This document shows, piece by piece, positions 1 to 9,920 of a stretch of 33,930 nt of DNA; the first letter of the stretch is position 1, and every line of letters begins with the position of its first letter. Source of the stretch: Sphaeroforma arctica JP610 (Eukaryota); contig NW_014040218.1 of the NCBI RefSeq assembly GCF_001186125.1, positions 20,926 to 54,855 of the forward strand. Reading direction: 5' to 3'. The notes under the pieces are model-generated. The model ran no database searches and was not told where the DNA came from. It saw only the letters and a list, made by a program, of their open reading frames with translations. Made by a program: the position numbers and the translations under genes.

Positions 1-156
1 ATATATATATATACATATATCACACACACATATATATATATATACTTATATATATATATATAGTATAAAATATAATATATAGTGCTTTGAACCACTTTAT
101 TCCCACCTTTTGGTTTGCAAATTCACAAATATAGCCTTTTCCTTCTATATGTACAG

Positions 157-3100
157 TGAAAATCGTGCGTTACGCCCTAGTTAGCGGCCTTGTACATGTA
201 TCTGGCTTCCTTGACCAAGATGAGCAAGTCTACCTGTGGGACTGTATATCGGAACAGGGTATGTTGCAGCGAAAATGTTGACGAAAAACACATCAATTGG
301 AACTACACATGTAGTAGATTTTATAGTTTACGTATATTTGGCATGTATAGGCAGACATCTGCTGTGTCTAATGTGTACTTTTCTGCGTAATGTACGTAAG
401 TGCTGTGAACATGTGCAGTTTGAGTCCTCCAAATTTGACCTTTGGAGTTCTATGGTTGAAACAAATCAGCGTTCTGCATGGAGGGGTATGTATATGTGAT
501 CTCATACCTAAACACGTACCTGAATTTCTGATCACATTTTGGAAGCTTGTCTACCAGACGCTTGTCTAACAAAAAATGTGTGAAGATGTACACAATAATT
601 ATTCAGCGTATATGATGTCTTGAATAGAAAGATTCCTGTGCAATCTAGTGACTAGGCCTATCACCGCTTCTGACATCCGCTTGTTGCATGTTACTTCGTT
701 GACTAGTCGCATAGTCTTACGACCTACATAATGATATTTAAAAAACCATGTCTGACCTGTAGTGTTCAAAGCCCGGTAGCGGCGTGCAAATAACCACATC
801 GATGTACCAAACACTCGGTAACCGTACACGGTACTGTTACTTCCTGAGCACACTCTGTAATGTCACACACGTTCCATGTATAGGCTGGTTTGATAATCCC
901 GTCAACAATCAGGCCATGCGCTTCGGTAATTTGCAAAGCTGGGCATCAGAACTAGGCACCAACATCCGCAATCTGTACGTCTACGTTCACGGTGTGTGTG
1001 TCCAGATCTGCGGCTCTCTGGCTGTCTGTCTGTCTGTCTGTGATTGGTATATGCACGCGCAAACGTTCATAAACAACAGATCTCGCCTGGTGGGGCAAGC
1101 ACGAGCACCCGAGGATCACACGAGTTTATACCTGGGCTTCTCAAATGTGTTCAGCACAAGTGTTGATTGGCTAGCTAGGTTGTGGTGGCGATAAGGGGCG
1201 TCTGGCTCGGAAACCCCTTTTAAATGAAAACATTGAGTAGGGATCTAGTCGTTTCGATGCACCTTTTATGGTACAAACCCAATCTTTGGTCCAAGATATA
1301 ATCGAGATGTGGTTTTGTATGTCCGAGTATGTATGCAGTTGTTGGGTATGCGAAGAGATGTCTAGGACTGAGTTTCCAATTCTGACTAAGTAGTCACCTT
1401 GTGTTCCCGAAATAGGTCTCTTCGCCACAACTTATTGCCAGATGTGGTGCTTGAACGTATTCCGCTCTTCGACCAGATGATTGTCAACAGCTACCAGATA
1501 GGCGATGGCATTAAGGTAGCATATATACCAAACATTACTATCTGTATTGTAACACACTATCTGCACATATATATCAAACATCGGCACATATAAACATATA
1601 TGCCAGACATTACTATCCGTATTGTAACATACTATCATATACCAAACATCAGTACATATATATATATACTAAACATTACTATCTGTATTGTAACATACTA
1701 TCTGTACATATATACATATATACCAAACATTACTATCTGTATTGTAACATACTATCTGTACATATATATCAAATATCTGTACTTATACACATACATAGCA
1801 AACATTACGTCTGGTGTGCGTGTCTGTGCGTGTATAACGACGTTTACCCAAAGATGTACATCCAACGTAAGAGGGGGGGGGATGTTTAGGGTATGAGCTC
1901 AGGTGCAACGTCGGCTTACGTTGTGAATGTCCTTGCGAGTATTGTACACAAGCAGTGCATAGACGTACACCTTTGCTTCGTACCACCACGCCTTATATGC
2001 CAGTAGTTCGGCCGCGCATTATCTGCGTGCTAGATACAAAGGTAGGCATTTCATGACAACGGGACCACCTTGTGTTTCTATGATATGTTGACACACGGCC
2101 AGTACAGTACATTCGGACGATACTACCATCTATGGCCGGGCAAATGTTCCACTGTACAAATATGCCAAAAACAAAAACAAAAACAAAAATGCAAAGTAAA
2201 TCGTGTTATTCTTAACCACCAGGCACACGTGGATCTTGCTAGATTTGCCGACGGCATCGCTGTAGTATCTCTAGGCTGTCCGTGTGATATGCAGTTCACC
2301 AGAACTCTCCCGGCCACAGAGAGCGACGGACCTCACACTCACACGGGAAGAGCGGAGGGCCAACCCAGCGATCCCCCACGCCTACACTCCCATCGCGTTA
2401 ATGGGGTGCCACTTGGTAGTGTACGGCAGAGTCTTTCTGACAAGCAAATGAGCACAGATACAACTGCCAGTATAGACGATAGCACTGGCGCATGCACGAG
2501 TAGCGGAACCGAATCTGTTGTTATGCGTCTTTGTCCAGGTGAGGAGACGTCGGTGGTTGTTGGTACGTGTGTTGCGTGAGTCATACTGTTATATACTGTT
2601 ATATCACCTATAATAGGGATGTAGTGCGTGTGGCTAATTAGTATGTATTCATGTGCGATGATTCATGTGCGATGAGCCACGCAACAGGTGTATGAAACAG
2701 TATTATTGGGGTGAAATATATGTGAACACGGACGAGATATGAACGATCATGCATTGTAGGTGTCACGCTACATGCGCATCACCCCTCACTCTCTTGTGTA
2801 TTCTGAGCTACGTATGTCGCTGTGTGAGTCTGTGTGCACTGGGTATCGACTGTGGACATGTTTAGTGCGTGTGATCAGTGCCATTCACCACTGCCAGCCA
2901 GATCAATACCGAATCAAGATGTGCATATTAGTCTGTCGATACCAAGTTAGTCTTATCTCCCAACATTAGTCTTCTTTTACAGTTTGACTATCGAACGCAG
3001 TGACTTGTACCAGCTCTTGTATTAAACCCTTTCTCCGTCTATCTCTCTGTGTGGCTGGTCTCCCACAGTGCCGTTGCGCACAGCTGCAGGTGTGTGCTAG

Positions 3101-3372
3101 GTTAAACGTGTACTGTGAGTGAGTCAGTGGTCTATGATCTGTTTTAGTATACGGTAGACCTTATAACTCACTGCTACCCATCTCACCGCTCTGTCACGAA
3201 CACTACACACGGCCTGTGCCTACCTACCGCAGGTGACTTGCTGATCTTGTCGGAGGATGCGCGATATACGTGGGCGCACGGAATCGACAGGGTCACTGAA
3301 GGCCACCGAATCTCACTCACATTGCGATCGGTTAAGACAGATAGCCGCACGCTGACCTGTCCATCAGAGTAG
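157..3372 (+). CDS. AlkB-family 2OG-Fe(II) dioxygenase (stand-alone ALKBH8-like domain), 5'-partial, 5 exons visible
   Basis: Phase-consistent GT-AG exons 157-258, 884-974, 1416-1515, 2223-2538, 3233-3372 (TAG 3370-3372). Spliced protein: ..GLVHVSGFLDQDEQVYLWDCISEQGWFDNPVNNQAMRFGNLQSWA..PLFDQMIVNSYQIGDGIKAHVDLARFADGIAVVSLG..RLCPGDLLILSEDARYTWAHGI..RISLTLR. It has the NxY, HxD, distal H and R-x5-R motifs of AlkB enzymes. The first visible exon starts in phase 1 after an AG, so the start codon is upstream of the window. Confidence 0.92.
1520..1810. repeat. Intronic minisatellite, imperfect ~50-bp unit (ACCAAACATTACTATCTGTATTGTAACATACTATCTGTACATATATA)
   Basis: About 4-5 imperfect copies start just after the AlkB donor at 1516. 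Confidence 0.8.
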
Positions 3373-4115
3373 AAAACCAGTAGGGTGCGGGGTCTACCTC
3401 CATCACCTAATGCACGGGGCGTGTGCAGTGGTAATAGTCCTGTGATGAATGCACATGCTGCATACATCTACGTAGTGTAAACTATATCAGTATGGATATT
3501 GGAGCACACATACGAAATCAAAGGAGTGCCTCCCGATGTGTGGGGTGGGTTGTAGTCACAGCGTTTTTTGTGCTGCGGCGCTTTATCTGGCCGTGTCGAG
3601 TGACACCGCTGCAGTTGCAGAGCGCCACGTGGTTGTGGCAACCCCGTATGCCAAATACCATAGGATGAGCGAAGAATGCACGTGTTGCTGTAGAATCTGC
3701 TTTAAATGTGTAGAGGTGTGTATTCTAGTTAACAGACCCACGCACGCCCCTGGCAGCAGACAGGGATATCACAGGACTAGATGTAAATTTGTGAATGTGG
3801 CCAGTCTGTACGTACTGCCAATTCTGGGAATTCTGTGTATCCAGCAAACGAACCGCTTATTGCCTGACTTTAGGGCTCCCTAAAGTAGCAAATGCAAGAA
3901 TCTCATTCGCGAGCGTTTTGCACATAAAAAATAATAATACGAAGCGCTGAGTGTCACAGCTTGTTTTTTAAATCAAATCTGCGTCTCCACAATATATTAA
4001 AATCTTCGTCTGAGGCTCAATGGGACCTCGTTTCCCTTGATATTTGTCCTGGCATTATTCGTTTAACAATTAGACGAGATTGGTTCTCCCATGCCAACTC
4101 ATCTCAATATATTGC

Positions 4116-4146
<31 letters not shown>

Positions 4147-4156
4147 TATATACATA

Positions 4157-4198
<42 letters not shown>

Positions 4199-4259
4199 TA
4201 ATATATATATATATGTGTGTGTGTGTTTGTCTTTGTGTGTGTCTTTGTGTGTGTCTTTG

Positions 4260-4290
<31 letters not shown>

Positions 4291-4332
4291 ATATCCGCTT
4301 CTATGTAGTGTTGTTATCACCACCGGAGAGCA

Positions 4333-5160
4333 TTATTGCGGGTACTGCATAGGAATATTTGCCACCTGTAACATAGGAAACGCGGTGTCTATTTTCTGTT
4401 TGATGACTTTAAACACTTCCTGGTGACCCCGCTTGCTGAAGTGTAGACCGTCAACAAAGCACGATTTCCAATCAGGTAGTGCTTGCATGTGTGTATACAG
4501 TTCTACCGACGGAACCTTCAACATAGCTGCTAAGGTCATACACGCATCGGCGTACAAACCTGTCACATGGTTGTTCCGATTGGGAAATTTGCTATCGTCC
4601 ACTGGGGGCGGGCAAATCAGCAGTATACTTGTGTCCTTGTATATATTTTTGATTGTTTTTACCATCGTCTTCATATTGCGAACGTATTTTTTGAGAGGGA
4701 CGCTTACTGGGTCGGGTGGGACAATCGCATCGTTAGTGCCCAGGAAAAGTGTAATGAGTGCTGGGCTTTCGAAATACGAAACCTCATTCATGATGTGGTC
4801 AAAGGCGTTTGTGCGAAGCATCTTCTCCGTTGTGTAACCGGACAGACCTCGGTTGATCACATCGACCCGACGTGTATATTCGAACCCCAAAAGGTCTCCA
4901 AATCCGAGGATGTAGGGATTCGCCGAGTATTGCGTGATCGAGTCACCGATCAACACAAAAACAGGACGAGGTTCCATTGTAATAACATCTTGTTCCAAAT
5001 ATGTATTAATACCACTATCGTCTCCACGTATAAGCTCCCCTTCCGATCCAGAGGTTGGTTTCTGGGCTTCGAGAATTAATTTATTACCAGTGCATGTATA
5101 TTCTAAGAGGAGCACGGATAAGATCAGGTACTTGACGCATACCTGAAAATGGACAAGCAT
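4333..5160 (-). CDS. IAH1: SGNH/GDSL hydrolase, IAH1 (isoamyl acetate-hydrolysing esterase)-like
   Basis: Uninterrupted ORF with all four SGNH blocks: IGDSITQ (I), NRGLSGYT (II), FLGTNDA (III), DGLHFS (V). RRVDVINRG and LLICPPPVD are typical of IAH1 proteins. The start is either 5160 (hydrophobic N-terminus) or the Met at 4977. Confidence 0.9.
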   Translation of the reverse strand: MLVHFQVCVKYLILSVLLLEYTCTGNKLILEAQKPTSGSEGELIRGDDSGINTYLEQDVITMEPRPVFVLIGDSITQYSANPYILGFGDLLGFEYTRRVDVINRGLSGYTTEKMLRTNAFDHIMNEVSYFESPALITLFLGTNDAIVPPDPVSVPLKKYVRNMKTMVKTIKNIYKDTSILLICPPPVDDSKFPNRNNHVTGLYADACMTLAAMLKVPSVELYTHMQALPDWKSCFVDGLHFSKRGHQEVFKVIKQKIDTAFPMLQVANIPMQYPQ

Positions 5161-5252
5161 ACTGATGGTATAAAGCGGAAGATATCAACCAATAGACAAA
5201 CCTGAAATCAACACACTTAAAGGCGAGGGTTTAAAATTGACGCGTTTTATAC

Positions 5253-5610
5253 CTAGCCTTCTATGTACATGCTTCATTTAGAAGGCTATGTTTTATAGAG
5301 GAAAATAGTACATTTCAATAAGGCGGCTAATGGCTACCTATGGAGAAAAAAAACTTATTATTTTGTTTAAAAAAAACATAAATAATCGAGAAAAAAAGTC
5401 GATGCAATTTTATATAAAAATACATATGAGACATCTCCAACTTCTTGGTCCAAGTCACAAGTAGCAAGTCACCAATATAGGACCACGCTGAAGAATAATT
5501 TATAGGGCCAACGGGCATAGCCTTCTAAATTGAAACATTTGGGACATTTTAAATTCCCAACAATTCATCTGTGCCGAACTGCCGCTCCTAGCCTTCTAAA
5601 ATTAGACATG
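5253..5610. repeat. Cluster of inverted and direct TAGCCTTCTA(AA) motifs; possible small MITE remnant
   Basis: ATGCTTCATTTAGAAGGCTATG (5269-5290) is a near-perfect reverse complement of CATAGCCTTCTAAATTGAAACAT (5516-5538). Further CTAGCCTTCTA copies occur at 5253 and 5587. No clear TSD. Confidence 0.45.
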
Positions 5611-5849
5611 CCGCGCGTGAAGAAAAAATAATTGGGCTCACCTGGCTGCCCTCGACTCTCGAGTGATCCTGTTTCCAGTTTCCACTGAATACGATCTGAT
5701 GAGTCATGATCAGGCGTCCAGGTCCCCACGACTCCAGGCCACCACGAGTGACCAGGTACATATTTACCTTTTTTTAATAAATATTTTCATATCCAGCTAT
5801 TTTGAAAAACCTACAGCCCCTGCTAGAGCCTCGATCGCCAAATGTTCTT

Positions 5850-5978
5850 ATATGTGCTATGTGCATGTATGCGTGCGTATATGTGCGGAGTGCATGTATA
5901 TATGTACTGTGTACATATATATATGTGCTGTGGGCATGTATGCATGAAAATCTGTGCGGATTGCATGTATATATGTGC

Positions 5979-6026
<48 letters not shown>

Positions 6027-6505
6027 CTATGTGCATGTATGCGTGCGTATATGTGCTGTGCGGAGTGCAGGTATATATGTGCTATGTGCATATATGCATG
6101 CAAATATGTGCTATGTGTATGTATATATGTGCTATGTGCATGTATACATGCGTATATGTGCGGAGTGCATGTATATATGTGCTATGAACATATATATATG
6201 TGCTGTGGGCATGTATGTTTGAATATATGTGCGGAGTGCATGTAAATTTATACTGTGTACATATATAAATGTGCTATGTGCATGTATGCATGCGTATATG
6301 TGCGGTGTACATATATATATATATATATGCTGTGGGCATGTATGTATGAATATATGTGCGGATGCATGTATTTATGTGCTGTGTACATATATTTATATAT
6401 GTGCTGTGCATGTATTCATGCAAATATGTGCTATGTGCATGTATATATGTACTATGTGCATGTATGTATGCGTATATGTGCGGAGTGCATGTATAAATGT
6501 ACTAT
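5850..6505. repeat. Complex TG/TA-rich minisatellite (TGTGCTATGTGCATGTAT / ATATGTGCGGAGTGCATGTATA units)
   Basis: Directly visible. It produces the spurious Cys/Tyr/Met-rich ORFs in all frames. Confidence 0.9.
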
Positions 6506-6506
6506 A

Positions 6507-6995
6507 TTAGCTGTAGTTATTACAAATAAAACACACATATTGAATATGACAGATTGGGGAGCATAAACGTACCCATGATAGACAAGTAAAGAAGTCCGTT
6601 TGAGCTCCGAACGAGGCATATCTGGCCGCCTTCTCCTTTATCTGACGTGTATACTTAAGATCAAACTGTATTATCCTCAATATAGTGGCGTACGATATTG
6701 TCTTACCGCCATTAGCCCGTTGCACTTGTCTCTGCAGTTCGTCAAGGTAAATAGCAGGTTTTTCATTATACATTGTTTCTACTTGACTGATTAGTTCTTT
6801 AGTTCGCAATAAATCATCTCGTCTCTTGCGTTGCTTAGTGACCTTCACAAGACTACCTATGCTCAACCATTGCTTAACTATTCTCCGAGTTGTGCTATCC
6901 GAAACTCTAAATAATAATTTGATATCATCATATGTAAGATTATAATAATACCAAGCAGAGATAGCTAACCAGGCTATATTCTCGAATACTGCCAT
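6507..6995 (-). pseudogene. N-terminal DNA-binding (HTH) part of an IS630/Tc1-like transposase; catalytic DDE domain not found
   Basis: LTYDDIKLLFRVSDSTTRRIVKQW (HTH1) and PAIYLDELQRQV..GKTISYATILRII..LKYTRQ (HTH2) follow the IS630/Tc1 pattern. Similarity ends at ..FFTCLSW, at a GTACGT donor-like site (~6571). Confidence 0.7.
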
Positions 6996-7965
6996 TTTTT
7001 CTATTTATTTGTTTGTGTGTATTGTGTGTGTGAATAAATATATTTTATTTGTGTTCATATGTTTGTGTTCATATTCAAGTTTATTTTATTTTTACAATAA
7101 ATAAATAAAAATGTAGTTGGAAGAATCAAAGAAAGATTTTCCAGGTTCACTCACAAGTGTGAAATCGGGGTGCGTTTTGTTCAAATCCTGCACCTTTTCT
7201 TCCTCGATTTCCAAGCTGTGAGAGCCAATGAAAACGTCGTTTTATAATTTTTCTATAGAACATTTCCATCTAAATGTAAATATCCTTCAGGAAATATTCT
7301 ACTATTTCAAAAAGAAAATATATATATATACAAGCGATCATTGGTTAATAATTTTAACTCTTTTAAGTTTTGGCCATTAGCCAGGTTGATTTCCACGAAC
7401 TTTTCAGTCCTTGCTGCCAGGTTTCCGATTCTGGAAACCCCCGCTATAATAACCGGTGTGTGCTTGTCAAAATAGCTAGGAACTACAATATGTAAGTAAA
7501 TATATTTAAAAAAAATAGGGTTCTTTTGTAAATACACTTTGTTTTGTTTTTTATTAACAACAAAGAATATATTAAATAGTAGTTTGAACACCTAAATAAT
7601 TTAATTTTTTTATTGTAGTATTTATTTTTTAAAAGTATCACATGCGTATGTCTATTGTTTCTTTTATTTTTGTGTTTTTTAAAATATAATAAAAAAATCA
7701 AATGTGGGGGGGGGGGGTTTTTAAATACAAAGAATCAATCATCATCGTAAATTCATAGCCTACTAAAATATAACAGATCTATGGACGTGTTTTATTTTTG
7801 TTTTTTTTTACAAAAACCAAAAACTATAATATGTATTGTATGTATTTACATTGATTTTTTTATTTTATTCATATTTTTATTAAATAAAAAATGCATACTT
7901 GAAATATTTTTGCTTGACTCTCCAGTCTCCAGTCTCCAGTCTCCCCTCTCCAGCTTAACTATGCT

Positions 7966-9114
7966 GGGGGTACGGGATAGAAGTTGAACGTAAACACGTG
8001 TTTATTCAATTTTGAAACGATATAACGGTTATAATGCGTTCAGAAGGGCCTACCTAAGTTCTTTTGTAGGACTGGTTCGTATCGTGAACATAATGTTTAG
8101 ACCCACAAGATGCATCTATGAGCACACAAAGGACCGCATATGGAATAGAAGTTGAACGTAAACGTATATTTATTCGATATATAAAAGTTTTAATGGAAAA
8201 CGGTATGAAGTTAGCTTTCCAGTCTCCACTGTCTCCTGCTGGTCTCCTCTCACCTCTGACTCTCTGAGTCTCGACTCTGACCAATAAGTCAGTGACCACT
8301 CTCTGATGACTGGTCTCTCTTGCAGTCTTGCCGGTCTGGCAGAGTGGCAATCTCTCACTCCCAGTCCAGCCTTTTTTCTTCGAGCCACGGCCTCTCACCA
8401 GTCGCCACTCACCAGTCATCAGATGATCAGACTCATCTGAGTCATCTCCTCGCTCTAGAGATTTTGTTTAAAAAAAAACCAGTATATGATAAATAGGTAA
8501 GTCTCCAGAGTCCAGACTCTCCACTCTCAATTGCTTCAAGGCTCCAGCCTCCAGGGAGTCCAGGCTCCAGCCTTCAGGCCAGGGCTCCAGTCTCCACTCT
8601 CAGTCTCCACTCTCCAGTCTCAAGACTCCAGTCTCAAGACTCCAGTCTCAAGACTCCAGTCTCAAGACTCCAGTCTCAAGACTCCAGAGTCTAAACTTCA
8701 GCTTCCAGACCAGAAGATCACGTCAACAGGGTCCGTGATCCAGCGTTCATATTTAAAAAAAAATTACCATAAGGCTTTATAGTGTCCTAGATAATAAATG
8801 TCCAGCCTCCAGCGGAAGCCTCCTCCTCCCAGCGATCAAAAAAAAAGGCAGGACCATAGCCATAGCCTTTACAGTACCTCAAACCGCTTTCCTAATAAAT
8901 ATACGTTTACGTTCAACTTTTATTTCCTATGCGGCCCTTTGTTTGCTCATAGGTGCAGCTTTCGGGTCTAAACATTTAGATGTATATAATGTCCACAATA
9001 CGCACCAGTCCTATAAAAGAACTTAGGTAGGCCCTTCTGAACGCATTATAACCGTTGATACGTTTAAAACTTGAATATATATACGTTTACGCTCAACTTC
9101 TATCCCGTACCCCC
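7966..9114. mobile_element. Non-coding element with ~210-bp terminal inverted repeats (foldback/MULE-like MITE)
   Basis: The left arm 7966-8174 (GGGGGTACGGGATAGAAGTTGAACGTAAAC...TATAATGCGTTCAGAAGGGCCTACCTAAGTTCTTTT...) is the reverse complement, with substitutions and an indel, of the right arm 8894-9114. No TSD was recognised, so the superfamily is uncertain. Confidence 0.8.
8612..8687. repeat. Perfect 14-bp tandem repeat CTCCAGTCTCAAGA x5.4
   Basis: Five exact copies plus CTCCAG, inside the long-TIR element. Confidence 0.95.
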
Positions 9115-9920
9115 ATAACCCCATAACGTCACATCTCACATAATTATAAAAGAGTAAAGAAATCCGAATCTCAATCTCACACTCACACAGTCTCACACTC
9201 TGAGTCAGAGTCTCAGACAAGTGACAACTGACAGTCGACAACTCGACATTCTCAATCTGAATCAGTGAATCTGTGGTTATTGTTTTTGAATTTCAAAAAA
9301 AACAACAATACATACTAAAAAACATGGTTTGATCTTTGTTTTAGTTTTTTTAGAAGACTACACTCCATATGGCCTATGGCCAATTGGCTTTGGGCCAAGG
9401 GGCATTGGGGCATGGGCGTTCGTGATATATTTCTCGAAATATTGTGTTTTCGTTTAAAATATTTTTTTATTTAGTATGTACCTGTGTTTGTTTTCCTATT
9501 GTTTTTAAAAAAAACAACTACATGAACTGTTTTCTACACAAAAAGGTAAAGTTTACTCTGGAGTTTGGGAATCGAGGAGTCAGAGACCACTTTCTTTTTC
9601 AGTTGCTGGTGATGAATGGCATGTCGCTCCAAAACTGAAACGCAGCAAACAGGCGCCAAACACAAACTGAATCGAGTGTAGGATACTTCACACTATTTAC
9701 ACAGGCACCTACTGGCACTTGTTACTGTCGACAAAGATATGCTCGACTCAGTATGAGAACGTGGTTGATTGACATATTCAATTTAATATCAGCTGCCAAC
9801 TATTAAGGCTGATTGCAGTACTAAAGTTATAACAGCAGCCATGTACTAAAGCAAATTGCTTCTTTCGAAAACGTACAGATCACTGGTACATCACCTCTAT
9901 GCCCGATAAACCTTGAAAGC

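Larger units (their letters stand above)
5785..7490 (-). mobile_element. Degenerate non-autonomous IS630/Tc1-mariner-like DNA transposon
   Basis: A transposase-like HTH ORF (6507-6995) lies between imperfect inverted repeats TCCAGCTATTTTGAAAAAC (~5792-5810) and GCTTGTCAAAATAGCTAGGA (~7462-7481). Boundaries are approximate. Confidence 0.5.

Noticed and set aside
5774..6566. Cys/His-rich ORFs resembling metallothionein or zinc-finger proteins
   Set aside because: They are translations of a TG/TA minisatellite that is open in several frames on both strands.
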